In this document: one piece after another, positions 16,801 through 25,841 of the stretch
Layout of the letters: each line of letters starts with the position of its first letter
Position numbering within the stretch: position 1 is the stretch's first letter
NCBI GenBank assembly: GCA_029565395.1
Contig: JAKQOG010000069.1
Location: forward strand, 14,322 to 78,321
Length of the DNA: 64,000 nt
Source of the DNA: Candidatus Hydrogenedentota bacterium
Lineage (GTDB): Bacteria; Hydrogenedentota; Hydrogenedentia; Hydrogenedentales; CAILVY01
Direction of reading: 5' to 3'
Notes under the pieces: generated by a model
Seen by the model: only the letters and a program-made list of their open reading frames with translations
What the model was told of the DNA's origin: nothing
The model's database searches: none
Program-made: the position numbers and the translations under genes

Positions 16801-19148
16801 TGGTTAATCCGGCTTTGCATGAAACGTGGCAGGAGGGGATAGTCATCCCGTTATGCGCCTGGCATTTCCTTGAACAAGGCTCGTTCAGCTATTTCTCCGG
16901 CATGTGCGGTCCTGAGGGCACAATTGCGCGCATCGATCCGGTGGAATTGTCTGAGGTATTGAATACGCCTCCCTACACGGGCCCTCAATTTGGGAAATAT
17001 TATGAGCCGGTTGAACCTCCGGCGACGCCCAATGCCGCCGGCTACGCACTCCCCCTGGATTTGGGCGATATTACGAATTATGACCATGTCGAGGAGGCCA
17101 TGATCTCGATTCAACTCGATTTGGGAGATACATCATTGAGCGCAAACGGTTTTGCCGTGTATGGCAATATTGATTGGCCTTTCCTGATGCCAGGGGTGCC
17201 TTTCCCGCCCGATGACATTATTGTGCCCTACGAGTATCTGCGCCTGCGGGATGTTCCCATTTTTATTACTGCTGACACGTTGCTGCATCTGTATCATGTG
17301 CAGTTCGACGAAACGCTTAGGGATATCGAGGAACGCGAGTTTGCCGCGGATATTGAGGCGTTGACCGCGGCGTTGCTTGAACGTGCTCAAGCCCAGTTCG
17401 CGCAGTACACAGGCGATCTGGCCGAGGCGGCCCGCCGGAACGTGGCGTATCTTGCCGTGGCCCAGCAGTTGCTTGCGCCCGGCGCCGAGGTACCGGCCCC
17501 AGTGGCCTTGGAAGTGGCCGGTGAACTGGCGAAGATCGCGGCGCACGAGGGTTTCGATGCCAGCGACATTTTCCTCTACAACGAGGATTACTCGCAGTAT
17601 GTGCCGCGCGGCCATTATACGCGGAGCGAAACCCTTGAGCGTTACTTCCGCGCCATGATGTGGTATGGCCGCATGGCATTTTTGCTCAAGGGTGCTGAAA
17701 ACTGGGGACCGATAGGGGAAGCATTGGTGAGTGAATACGACGCGCGCATCCAGACGCTGCAGGCGGTCCTGCTGGCCACCGCAGTGGAGGCGGTGGATGT
17801 CGGAGCACGCAGCGGCCGTGAAGTGTGGGATCGCATGTATGCGATTACGGCCTTCTATGTTGGCCTCGCCGACGATCTTACGCCGTATGAGTATCTTGAC
17901 GTGATCAACCGCCTTTTCGGGTCGGACTTCGACCCCACCGAACTAGAGGATGAACAGGCTTTCTTCACGCTCAAGACAAGGCTTGCCTTGTTGCGCACGC
18001 CGCAGATATTCGGAGGCACGGGTAATGTTTTTGTGGTGCCGCCGGTTACCCCCGATTCACTCAACCTTGTGCTTGAAAAAACCAAGGGCATGCGTTTGAT
18101 GGGTCAGCGGTTCATCCCCGATTCCTACATGTTTCAGCATCTGGTTTTCCCTGAAGTGCTCTGGTACACCGGCAGCGTCGATCCGGCGCCCTTCACCCTG
18201 GGTGAAACGGGTGGCGGCCTTGGCCGCTGCTATCCGCGCGGGCTTGACGTGATGGCCGTGCTCGGATCGTCACTTGCCGAAACCATACTTGTTGAGGGCA
18301 GCGACACGCTGTATGAAGGGTACGATGCGCGGTTGGCTGAGTTACGAGAGGAGTTCGCCGGATTCCGGCCTGCTGACTGGCATCGCAATCTTTATTGGGC
18401 GTGGCTGGACATGCTTAATCCTCTCATCACCCCGCTGCCGGAAGGCTATCCCAATTTCATGCGGACGGAGGCATGGGGCAAGAAATCGCTCAATGCCGCG
18501 CTTGCATCGTGGACTGAACTGCGCCACGATACCATCCTCTATGCCAAGCCAAGCTATACCCCCGGTTTCACGTATGAGCCGGATGTAACCGGCTACGTCG
18601 AGCCGGTCCCGGAATTTTATGGACGCCTGCTCGCCCTTACGCGCATGACACGTGAAGGATTGAGTGATTTTAGTGCGCTCTCGCCTGAAGCTGAAGCACG
18701 GTTGGTCAGTCTGGATTCGGTGCTCGAACGGCTCCTTGATCTTGCGGGGAAGGAGCTTGCCAACGAGTGGCTGACGGAAGACGATTACGAGTACATTCGC
18801 ACGTTCGGCAAGGTGCTTGAGAGCGTGGTGTTTGGGTTGAACGAGGGTGAAGGCGAAGGCGAGGGCGTGGCGGAAAGTCTTCGAACCACGCTGGTTGCCG
18901 ATGTGCATACGCATGGTATCGAAGCACTGGTGGTCGAAGAGGCCGTGGGCAATGTGGACTTGATCGCCGTCGCCTGTCCCACCCCTGCCGGCGAGGTCTT
19001 CCTCGCTCTTGGGCCCGTGTTCGCCTACTACGAGTTCAAGCATCCCATGAATGACCGGCTTACGGATGAAGCCTGGCGCGAATTGCTTGCCTCAGTGGAT
19101 GCGCCCAAACGTTCGGAATGGTACACCCTGGTGGTGGACGAGAAATAG
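13881..19148 (+). CDS. 1756-aa secreted multidomain protein: N-terminal tandem atypical dockerin-like module, Gly-Glu linker, about 25 internalin-type LRRs, Gly-Glu linker, EF-hand-like triplet, duplicated TSP3-like/Cys (CxxCGE...VVNPxLHETW) modules, ~800-aa C-terminal domain of unknown function
   Basis: Signal peptide LKGAFVIACVVVLLCPLAAA. Dockerin-like repeats [27 protein letters not shown]...EDGYAPGPG and INLSELLRMIQIYNIGEYYDCPEGEDGFCPG. LRR units such as LTNLTYLDISDNQISDISALSGL. EF-hand-like repeats DTDEDGALSLAEA, DANGDGVVSREEF and DVDGDNALTLAEL. Cys modules CSVCGEMCNCGNIIVVNPMLHETWEQG and CSICGEDVTIGHLQVVNPALHETWQEG. Confidence 0.75.
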   Translation: MRQEMQSTIRYLKGAFVIACVVVLLCPLAAAYHSADIDRDNTINLSELLRTIQFYNSGGYHCDAGGEDGYAPGPGSNACLPHACDYAPQDWVINLSELLRMIQIYNIGEYYDCPEGEDGFCPGKDPLLNEGEAEGEGEAEGEGEAEGEGEAEGEAEIVVFPDPGLDAAVREAIEKPTGPIYTTDLAGTGFTFLNALYRGIVDLTGLEHCLDLTHLYLSSNNVPDISPLGGLTNLIYLTLGFDEISDISPLAGLVNLEHLYLGGNQISAIGALTGLTNLTYLDISDNQISDISALSGLVNLTELYLSDNQISVIGSVASSTNLTDLELASNQILDISPLINLTNLTHLDLDSNQISDIDAVAGLTNLTDLHLFNNQVSDIAAVAGLINLTHLFLSKNEVSDIGPVAGLSNLAELYLYRNEVSDISPVAGLTSLTELYLNTNQISDIGPVAGLTNLTRLDLSFNEISAIDTLSGLTNLTNLGLASNLISDISPLVGNPGIGPADFVYLTDNPLSQDALCIDIPILESREVHVYYDGVCGGEGEGEGGEEGEGGAEGEGEGEGEEEGEGEGEGEGEGEGEGEGEGEGEGEGEGEGEPSLCDIDSLDTFYTMALIVVDTDEDGALSLAEAEALFPDAGTYWESVDANGDGVVSREEFVSSPVILSIFPVIDVDGDNALTLAELQTFASGITQAMFSLLDHDSDRFVECLDLVARDEHLHPIPDDADGDFLANDEERILSKNPLIPDEDGNGLPDGVDLARLLYGMVEGLEEFSYPPMGDLPADHVFKVMEYLRCETPCSVCGEMCNCGNIIVVNPMLHETWEQGFRLPFMAFHYMAHDSLSFGWDGSAYMDRVDVAGLMAALILLGANPHWLPVEDDLDGDLLMASEESELGLNPEVQDENSNGIPDGADVAMETAAQIEELEWIYLEGQPPYEIWPPDFEKTLPTDRLYVLHFDYMVDCVYHCSICGEDVTIGHLQVVNPALHETWQEGIVIPLCAWHFLEQGSFSYFSGMCGPEGTIARIDPVELSEVLNTPPYTGPQFGKYYEPVEPPATPNAAGYALPLDLGDITNYDHVEEAMISIQLDLGDTSLSANGFAVYGNIDWPFLMPGVPFPPDDIIVPYEYLRLRDVPIFITADTLLHLYHVQFDETLRDIEEREFAADIEALTAALLERAQAQFAQYTGDLAEAARRNVAYLAVAQQLLAPGAEVPAPVALEVAGELAKIAAHEGFDASDIFLYNEDYSQYVPRGHYTRSETLERYFRAMMWYGRMAFLLKGAENWGPIGEALVSEYDARIQTLQAVLLATAVEAVDVGARSGREVWDRMYAITAFYVGLADDLTPYEYLDVINRLFGSDFDPTELEDEQAFFTLKTRLALLRTPQIFGGTGNVFVVPPVTPDSLNLVLEKTKGMRLMGQRFIPDSYMFQHLVFPEVLWYTGSVDPAPFTLGETGGGLGRCYPRGLDVMAVLGSSLAETILVEGSDTLYEGYDARLAELREEFAGFRPADWHRNLYWAWLDMLNPLITPLPEGYPNFMRTEAWGKKSLNAALASWTELRHDTILYAKPSYTPGFTYEPDVTGYVEPVPEFYGRLLALTRMTREGLSDFSALSPEAEARLVSLDSVLERLLDLAGKELANEWLTEDDYEYIRTFGKVLESVVFGLNEGEGEGEGVAESLRTTLVADVHTHGIEALVVEEAVGNVDLIAVACPTPAGEVFLALGPVFAYYEFKHPMNDRLTDEAWRELLASVDAPKRSEWYTLVVDEK
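14266..14345 (+). repeat. GAAGGY hexanucleotide microsatellite encoding the (EGEA)n linker
   Basis: gaaggcgaagccgaaggtgaaggcgaagccgagggtgaaggcgaagcc... encodes EGEAEGEGEAEGEGEAEGEGEAEGEAE. Confidence 0.7.
14480..15400 (+). repeat. Internal ~66-bp repeats that encode 22-aa leucine-rich repeats
   Basis: The LxxLTNLTxLxLxxNQISDIxPLAGL unit recurs about 14 times in the protein segment this DNA interval encodes (about 25 across the whole LRR region, to aa ~510). Confidence 0.7.
15487..15662 (+). repeat. GAAGGN / GAGGGT hexanucleotide repeat tract (second Gly-Glu linker)
   Basis: Encodes GGEGEGEGGEEGEGGAEGEGEGEGEEEGEGEGEGEGEGEGEGEGEGEGEGEGEGEP. The reverse strand yields the spurious PSPSPS ORFs 15412..15708 and 15473..15691. 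Confidence 0.7.
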
Positions 19149-19250
19149 CGGGTACGCCCGGAGAACGGATGGAAGTGGCCTGTAGACGCGGAGGGACACA
19201 ATAATTCTTTCTTTTCTTAGCACCCTCTTCCCCAAATCCCAAACCTTCTT

Positions 19251-19715
19251 TTATGCGTTGGGCGGGGTGAATTGGCTCCGGTATTCATCGTCGAGTTGTG
19301 TTTGGTAATTGTCGTCCCATTGAGCGGCGTGGTCGTGAAAGGAAAGCTTGATGGTGCTGTATACCTGCCGGGAGTTGCGGAGGGCGTAAGGGGGGCCGGC
19401 AATCAGCGTCAGGGCCAGCAGGGCGACGGCAAAGCGGGGGATGAAGGCATTGATCCGGAGCTTGGGGAGGAAGGCAACGATTTCTTGAATAGGTTCGATG
19501 GCGGCCATGCGCGTGCGCAGGGTTTCGAAGGAATAGGCGGGGCCGGGGCATACCAGAAATTCGTGGCAATCCTGGAGAAAGTGTTTGGCGTGGGCGAATT
19601 CTTCCTGGCAGGCGGGGCATTCCGCGATATGGGCTTCCACCCGGCGGCGCTCGGCGGGACGAAGGTCGCCGTCGAGGTATCCGGTAAATCTGCTCTGTAT
19701 GGTTCTGCATTCCAT
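19251..19715 (-). CDS. Anti-sigma factor with an N-terminal zf-HC2 zinc-finger
   Basis: MECRTIQSRFTGYLDGDLRPAERRRVEAHIAECPACQEEF carries the H-x3-C-x2-C anti-sigma zinc-finger motif. It lies immediately downstream of an ECF sigma gene. Confidence 0.7.
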   Translation of the reverse strand: MECRTIQSRFTGYLDGDLRPAERRRVEAHIAECPACQEEFAHAKHFLQDCHEFLVCPGPAYSFETLRTRMAAIEPIQEIVAFLPKLRINAFIPRFAVALLALTLIAGPPYALRNSRQVYSTIKLSFHDHAAQWDDNYQTQLDDEYRSQFTPPNA

Positions 19716-19727
19716 AAGGCCGTTCTC

Positions 19728-20321
19728 CTACACCGTCCGGTCCACTTTGTTGGTAAACACCGTCGATAACACATGCCGGACTTTCTTCACGGCGAGAATC
19801 TTTCGGGATCGCACTGTATTGACCGGGCAATCCAATGCCTTGGCTATATCCTCAATGGATAATCCATGAATATTGCGCATTACGAACACCATGCGTTGTT
19901 CTTCGGGCAATTCTTCCACTGCGTTCAGAATCTGCTCTTGGACTTCGGAGCGGACCGCGCACACATCCGGGCCGGCGGCGGGATCGGCCGGGACTTCCCA
20001 TGAATCGTTCAGTTCCTTCTGCAACCCCAGCCGCCAGAGTTTTTTCTGGCTCCGGCAGCGTTCCAGCCAAATCATCCGGGCGATGGCAAACAAATACCCC
20101 GGGAAGGCGCCTGTAGCACAATACCGTTTGCGCACCCGCCAGATGCGCAAGAAGGTTTCCTGGCATAAGTCGTTGGCGGCGTGGGGATCGGCGGTCATGC
20201 CATAGAAAAAGTTGATCACGCGGTGCTGGTAGCGTTCGTGCAGGGTTTCAAAAGCACGCTCGCTGCCCTCGCGCACCTGAAGCATAAGTGCAATGTCGGA
20301 GACCTGTACTGCCGGTTCCAT
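19728..20321 (-). CDS. ECF-type RNA polymerase sigma-70 factor (sigma-24 family)
   Basis: The region-2 motif LCQETFLRIWR and a region-4 HTH (HGLSIEDIAKALDCPVNTVRSR). 197 aa. Confidence 0.9.
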   Translation of the reverse strand: MEPAVQVSDIALMLQVREGSERAFETLHERYQHRVINFFYGMTADPHAANDLCQETFLRIWRVRKRYCATGAFPGYLFAIARMIWLERCRSQKKLWRLGLQKELNDSWEVPADPAAGPDVCAVRSEVQEQILNAVEELPEEQRMVFVMRNIHGLSIEDIAKALDCPVNTVRSRKILAVKKVRHVLSTVFTNKVDRTV

Positions 20322-20408
20322 GCCGTAGGATCCTTCTGGCGATACTATGTCTATTCTCGCAGAAAGCGATCAAAAAGAACAGCAGAATTTTTACTTTGGG
20401 AGCCTTGA

Positions 20409-22265
20409 TTATGCCTGGCCGTATTCGGGCAGGGTGGCTCCAGGCTGATCCAGCGAGATAGGAACGCCCGCATTGGTATATTTTTTGAGCACGAGGACTC
20501 TATAGGCCCTGCGGAAAGATTCCAGAATAACCACCACCACGCAAAACATAATGACGATAGTAAGGACGCAGTCAATGGTTCCCACCAGGAATTTACCGGG
20601 TTGTTTGATTAAGGGGAGGTAGTTGTGCAGGACGTTGAGATATCCGGCATACAGGGTGGTGACCGCCAGGAAGGCTTCGGGGATCAGGGTGACCCAGATA
20701 TAGCGGACTTTTCCGGCGTTGATGATGGCAGCGCCCGCCACGGCCAAAGCGGTGGTGGCGAGCAATTGATTGGCGGTGCCGAACATGGGCCAGATGGTGG
20801 AGATGGTGCCGCTCCAGATAAAGTATCCCCAGGAGAACACGACGAGTCCGCTGGTGAGCAGGGTGCCGAACATCCAGTCGGTTTTTTGGAAAGGTTTGTA
20901 GACCCGGCCCAGATATTCCTGGAGCAGGAAGCGGGCCACGCGGGTGCCGGTATCGATGGTGGTGAGGATGAAGAGGGCTTCGAACATGATGGCGAAGTGA
21001 TACCAGTAGGACATGAGCGCTTTCATGCCGGGCAACCCGGAAAAGATTTGTGCGAATCCGACCGCCAGGGAGACGGCTCCGCCCGGGCGGCCTGCGACGT
21101 TTTCGCCGACTTCTTTGGAGAGTTCGGCGAGGTTCACGGGGGTCATGTTCATGGCGGCGAATTTTTCCGGGGCCACGTTAATGGCGAAGTAGTCGGCGGG
21201 AAAGAGGGAGCAGGCGGCGATGAGGGCAATCACGCTGACGATGCATTCGACCATCATGGCGCCATATCCGATGATCCGGGTGTCGGACTCTTTGGTGATC
21301 ATTTTGGGGGTAGTGCCGGAGCCGATGAGGGCATGGAATCCCGAGACTGCTCCGCAGGCAATGGTGATAAACAGAAAGGGAAATAGTTTTCCAGGGATGA
21401 TGGGCCCGCCTCCATGCAGGAATTCCGGATTCAGGGCGGGCATTTTGAGGGTTGGATGCACCAGGAACACACCGGCAATCAGCAGGATGATGGTTCCGAT
21501 TTTCAGGTAAGAACTCAGGTAATCGCGCGGGCATAGGAGCATCCACACGGGCAAGACCGAGGCGATGAATCCGTAGAGAGCAATGGCGAGCACGATTCCG
21601 TTGCGTGAGAGGTTAAAGTAGGGTTCCAGGAAGGAGCCGGGAATGGCGCCGCCGATTATCACGGCTAACAAGACGCCGGTCACGCCTATGGCGCTGGCTT
21701 CAGCGATTTTTCCGGGACGTATCCGGTACATCCACAAACCGGTCAGGAGCGCCATGGGGATGGTCATGGCGATGGTGAAGGTTCCCCAGGAACTTTCCGC
21801 CAGTGCGTTGACGACGGCGAGGCCAAGACCTGCCAATGCGACGATGATAATAATGATGACGGCCACGGAAGCAATGGCGCCGGCGAGCGGGCTGACTTCG
21901 TGGCGCGCGATCTCCGCGAGGGATTTTCCGTCCCTCCGCATGGAGGCCACGAGAATGGTGAAATCATGCACGCCGCCCGCAATAAGCGCCCCCATGAGCA
22001 TCCACAGAAGGCCGGGGGCGTACCCGAATTGCGCGGCCAGCACGGGGCCAATCAGAGGCCCGGCGCCGGAAATGGCGGCAAAATGGTGTCCGAACAACAC
22101 GTATTTGTTTGTGGGGTGATAGTTCGTCCCATCATACATGGTTTGGCTGGGCACTTTTCGGGTATTATCCAGCGCCATGACTTTCGCCGCCAGAAAGGCG
22201 CTATAATAACGGTAGGATAAAGCTGTAAGGATCAATGCACCCAGGACAATCGGAACCGCGTTCAT
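20409..22265 (-). CDS. cstA: Carbon starvation protein A (peptide/pyruvate transporter CstA)
   Basis: [36 protein letters not shown] and [29 protein letters not shown] are near-identical to conserved CstA blocks. 618 aa and multi-TM. Confidence 0.95.
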   Translation of the reverse strand: MNAVPIVLGALILTALSYRYYSAFLAAKVMALDNTRKVPSQTMYDGTNYHPTNKYVLFGHHFAAISGAGPLIGPVLAAQFGYAPGLLWMLMGALIAGGVHDFTILVASMRRDGKSLAEIARHEVSPLAGAIASVAVIIIIIVALAGLGLAVVNALAESSWGTFTIAMTIPMALLTGLWMYRIRPGKIAEASAIGVTGVLLAVIIGGAIPGSFLEPYFNLSRNGIVLAIALYGFIASVLPVWMLLCPRDYLSSYLKIGTIILLIAGVFLVHPTLKMPALNPEFLHGGGPIIPGKLFPFLFITIACGAVSGFHALIGSGTTPKMITKESDTRIIGYGAMMVECIVSVIALIAACSLFPADYFAINVAPEKFAAMNMTPVNLAELSKEVGENVAGRPGGAVSLAVGFAQIFSGLPGMKALMSYWYHFAIMFEALFILTTIDTGTRVARFLLQEYLGRVYKPFQKTDWMFGTLLTSGLVVFSWGYFIWSGTISTIWPMFGTANQLLATTALAVAGAAIINAGKVRYIWVTLIPEAFLAVTTLYAGYLNVLHNYLPLIKQPGKFLVGTIDCVLTIVIMFCVVVVILESFRRAYRVLVLKKYTNAGVPISLDQPGATLPEYGQA

Positions 22266-22409
22266 GGCGCCCTCCCTTTTTGTTGGAATTCATACTCCGA
22301 AACAAAAGCATTTGGCGAATTCTAGCAAGTTTGCGGCGCCATCACAACTTAACGCGCATTTGTTCTTGCGGCGTTCCGTCCATTAATGAGGGAAGTTTTT
22401 TCCGGGTGT

Positions 22410-24554
22410 TTAGTTGGAATCGAAATCGCTATCCTCCAGCATCTCTACCCGTTTGCTTGGGGCAGCTAGTCTTCCCAGTTTCCTGGCGGGTGCGTCTTCG
22501 ATGACTTCGGCAGCACGGACCTGTGTTGCGAAAGGCCTTTTTTCCTGTTGATGCACGGCAGAAGTCTCATCGGATGATTTTCCGCCAATGATGCCTTCCA
22601 GAACATGGACCAGGGATCGCAATTCTTCCGCCTGGCCGGACAGTTCTTCGCTGGCGGAGGCGGCTTCTTCCGAGTGGGCGGCATTGGTCTGGGTGATTTT
22701 GTCCATTTGGGTAATTGCCACGTTGATTTGATCGATTCCGCGGGACTGTTCCGAGGTGGCGGAGGATACTTCGTCGGAACGTTTTGCCACGCTGTCGATT
22801 TTTTCCATGACTACGTTCAGCACGGAAGACACTTCGTTGGATACGCTCACCCCGTGGTCGGCATTTTTTTGGGACTCCTCGATTAGGGCCGAAGTATTTT
22901 TAGCGGCTTGTGCGCTGCGTTGCGCGAGATTCCGGACCTCTTCCGCCACGACGGCGAAGCCTTTGCCGGCTTCGCCGGCCCGGGCGGCTTCCACGGCGGC
23001 ATTTAAGGCGAGGAGGTTCGTTTGAAACGCGATGTCATCAATCGTTTTGATGATCTTGGCGGTTTCATCGGAAGATCCCTTGATGCGGGTGATCGCTTCC
23101 GTCATGCGCTCCATGGCTTCCCGGCCTTGTACCGTTGCCTGCCGGGCATCGCTGGCATTTTGATTGGTCTGCCGGGCGTTTTCCGCATTTTGGGCGGTCA
23201 TGGCAGTCATTTCCTCCAGCGATGCGGAGGTTTCTTCCAGGCTTGCCGCCTGAGAGCTGGCGCCTTCGGCGAGACTTTGGCTGGATTGCGCCACTTGTGC
23301 GGCAGCGCCGGTCACTTGCTGTGCAGCGCCCATCAACTGACTGACGACCATGGAGATCCGCCTCACTAGTCCTCTGGCCACCAGGTACCACACCACAATA
23401 CTCAATACAATTACGGCAAGCGAGATTCCCAGCAGGATCATCATACTGCTGAAGCTGATTTCCTGAACCCGCCGTTCGCCCGCCTGAAATTCATCCATGT
23501 ACGAGCCCACGCCAATGACCCAATCCCATGGTTTGAAATACATGATTTGGACCACTTTCATGCGGGCAACGGGATCACCAGGATTTTTCCAGGGATACTG
23601 ATCCTCGGCGATTTCTCCGGCATTGAGCGTCAATGCTTTTCCGATGATTCGTTGTATGAACAATTCGCCGCCGGCATCTTTTGCTTCCCAAATATTCTCG
23701 CCGTCCCGTTCTCCATTTTTCGAGATGACATAGTTCCCCTGGGTGGTTCCGGATCCATTCAATACATATACATAGCCGGTGTCCCCTACTTTTGTTTTCA
23801 TAATGGCCTGCCGCAAACTGGTCGCGCTTTCCTGAGGCACCCCCACAAACAACATGCCCGCCACTTTCTTCTCTTTGTCAAAAATGGGTTCATACGCAGT
23901 GATATACCACCCATCCACCACAAACGCCCGCCCGCGGAATGTTTTCCCCTCTAACACGGTTTTAATGGTGGTGTTTTCTTTGCCATCGGGCTCCATGGCG
24001 GGAATATACGTTCCCACGGCCCGGCTCCCTTCTTTCGTTTTGATATTGGTGCAGACCCTCAGCATGTCCCCCGCAGCATTCATCCGCTGAAAGATGGTGC
24101 ACATGCTGTCCGACAAGGTTTTCACCTTATCCACCACCGGCGACGGAACCGCACTATCCATGTTTTGCCCCAACCAGGTTGTTCCGAGCATAAACTTGGG
24201 CAAGGAAGCTTTCACTTCTGCCCCGCTTAATTGGTTTTTGGCGTTCCAATCCACCGTTTCAGCACTGAAACTCACTTCTCCGGCATCGTTCAAGCAGTCT
24301 CGTGCAACGTTAAGATTGTTACTGACGGTTTTTTGGATAACTTCTTCCTGGGATTCACACAAGGCATAGACTCCCTGGGCAATATGTGCTAGATCCGTTG
24401 ATGCCAATACCCGGCATTCTTCAGCCAATTCGATTTCCATGCGCCGGTTTTGAAAATAGAGGGCTATGATGATAGCCAAAACCACGAGTATCGTTAACAG
24501 CACCCCCGTCCCTATCAGTTTTCCCCGTAGTGCAAGTCGTCCCATTGGATTCAT
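22410..24554 (-). CDS. Methyl-accepting chemotaxis protein with a periplasmic double-Cache (dCache_1) sensor, HAMP and MCP signalling domains
   Basis: N-terminal TM, a Cache-like periplasmic region of about 300 aa, a second TM, then the conserved MCP hairpin ([37 protein letters not shown]). Confidence 0.9.
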   Translation of the reverse strand: MNPMGRLALRGKLIGTGVLLTILVVLAIIIALYFQNRRMEIELAEECRVLASTDLAHIAQGVYALCESQEEVIQKTVSNNLNVARDCLNDAGEVSFSAETVDWNAKNQLSGAEVKASLPKFMLGTTWLGQNMDSAVPSPVVDKVKTLSDSMCTIFQRMNAAGDMLRVCTNIKTKEGSRAVGTYIPAMEPDGKENTTIKTVLEGKTFRGRAFVVDGWYITAYEPIFDKEKKVAGMLFVGVPQESATSLRQAIMKTKVGDTGYVYVLNGSGTTQGNYVISKNGERDGENIWEAKDAGGELFIQRIIGKALTLNAGEIAEDQYPWKNPGDPVARMKVVQIMYFKPWDWVIGVGSYMDEFQAGERRVQEISFSSMMILLGISLAVIVLSIVVWYLVARGLVRRISMVVSQLMGAAQQVTGAAAQVAQSSQSLAEGASSQAASLEETSASLEEMTAMTAQNAENARQTNQNASDARQATVQGREAMERMTEAITRIKGSSDETAKIIKTIDDIAFQTNLLALNAAVEAARAGEAGKGFAVVAEEVRNLAQRSAQAAKNTSALIEESQKNADHGVSVSNEVSSVLNVVMEKIDSVAKRSDEVSSATSEQSRGIDQINVAITQMDKITQTNAAHSEEAASASEELSGQAEELRSLVHVLEGIIGGKSSDETSAVHQQEKRPFATQVRAAEVIEDAPARKLGRLAAPSKRVEMLEDSDFDSN

Positions 24555-24790
24555 CCTCCCATCGTGTTTTTATTGAAATCGCTAAATTGTTCACACGTAT
24601 ATCGAGCATATCAATTAAACCTGGCAAAATCAAGTTTATAATAATATACGTTTTTTGACAAAAGTTGTGGTTAATCGATAGTAATAGGTTGCATTATAAA
24701 AATCCAACGAGGGTATAGACTAGGTTTGCTGTTGAGATGTGGTCAAACCTGTGAGGGGTTTTTTTATAAGAGTAGGGCAACTCACCAGCA

Positions 24791-25816
24791 TTAGAGGAAG
24801 TCTAAAAAAGCTTCATAAAGGGCTATAACGTTATCGAGCGGGGTTTCCGGCATGATGCTGTGGCTGGCGCCGGCGATGTAGCCGCCATTGAATTGTCCAA
24901 ACAGATGCACCAGTTCTTTGGCTTGACGTTTAACGTCCTCAGGGGTTCCATGAATCATGGCGCCTTGCACATCCACCCCGCCGTTGAAACAAACATGGCC
25001 CCCGAAATCACGGGCGAGTTGTTGAAGGTCCATGGCTTGAGGCTGGACGGGATTGAGGACATTCAGCCCCAGGTCGATGAGGTCGCCGAGGATGGCGGTG
25101 ATATTTCCGCAGAGATGCATCCAGACATGGGCGCCGCCATCGCGGACCTTCCGGAACATTTGAGCGTAGGCGGGTTTATAATAGTTGCGCCAGTCGTCTG
25201 GATGTATCAATAAGCCGCGCTGGCAGCCCCAATCGTCGGAAAAATAGATGCCGTTTGCCCCGCGCCGCAGGCATTCGTCGATCATGACCATATTGTACGC
25301 CAGGATTTTTTCCATTAATGCCCGCCAGTGTTCGGGTTCGGTATAGGGATCCATGAGCATGTTTTCAAAGCCGCGCAGCATCCAGAGCCGTTCAAAGAGT
25401 GTAAACCATACGGTGGCGGCGACGTATTTTCCGGATCGTTCCTTGAGCAATGTGCCGGCGTGGTCAAAAAGGCCTGGGGCGGATGGATTGGGGAAGGGAT
25501 GGCTGGCGGCGAGAAGGTATCCGTTTTCCAACGGATAGGTTTCGGTTTTTGCGCCGTGGCCGTCATCCATCCAACCGGTTCCCCAATGATCTACCCACCG
25601 AAGGACACCGTTTTCCGAATGAGGTTTCTTTTGGGGTTGGGGGCACTCATGGATGACCATCCAATCGTCTGGGAGTTGGGCTTGCAGTTGTCGAATGCGA
25701 TCTTGTTTGGCTGAGTTTTTTTCGTGGAGCCAGTCAAGGTTGCATTCCAGGCGCATGGGCAGATAGTCTGGTCCGTGGAATTCAATTGCACGGCGGAAAT
25801 TCTCGGCGCCCGTCAT
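24791..25816 (-). CDS. Uroporphyrinogen-decarboxylase (URO-D) family protein (MtaA/CmuA-like methyltransferase fold)
   Basis: 341 aa with URO-D-family length and scattered motifs. Low confidence in the exact subfamily. Confidence 0.55.
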   Translation of the reverse strand: MTGAENFRRAIEFHGPDYLPMRLECNLDWLHEKNSAKQDRIRQLQAQLPDDWMVIHECPQPQKKPHSENGVLRWVDHWGTGWMDDGHGAKTETYPLENGYLLAASHPFPNPSAPGLFDHAGTLLKERSGKYVAATVWFTLFERLWMLRGFENMLMDPYTEPEHWRALMEKILAYNMVMIDECLRRGANGIYFSDDWGCQRGLLIHPDDWRNYYKPAYAQMFRKVRDGGAHVWMHLCGNITAILGDLIDLGLNVLNPVQPQAMDLQQLARDFGGHVCFNGGVDVQGAMIHGTPEDVKRQAKELVHLFGQFNGGYIAGASHSIMPETPLDNVIALYEAFLDFL

Positions 25817-25841
25817 GTATAGGCATTCCCTTTTAGTCTGG

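Noticed and set aside
15900-16820. 306-aa minus-strand ORF inside the 1756-aa LRR protein gene
   Set aside because: It is antisense to a continuous 1781-aa frame with repeated, conserved modules. It has no motif of its own.
18342-19043. 233-aa minus-strand ORF
   Set aside because: It is antisense to the C-terminal region of the 1756-aa LRR protein gene. The composition matches GC-rich antisense artefacts.
20625-21386. 253-aa plus-strand Gly/Asp/Glu-rich ORF
   Set aside because: It is antisense to cstA, which has near-identity to conserved CstA blocks. The low-complexity composition comes from the GC-rich antisense frame.
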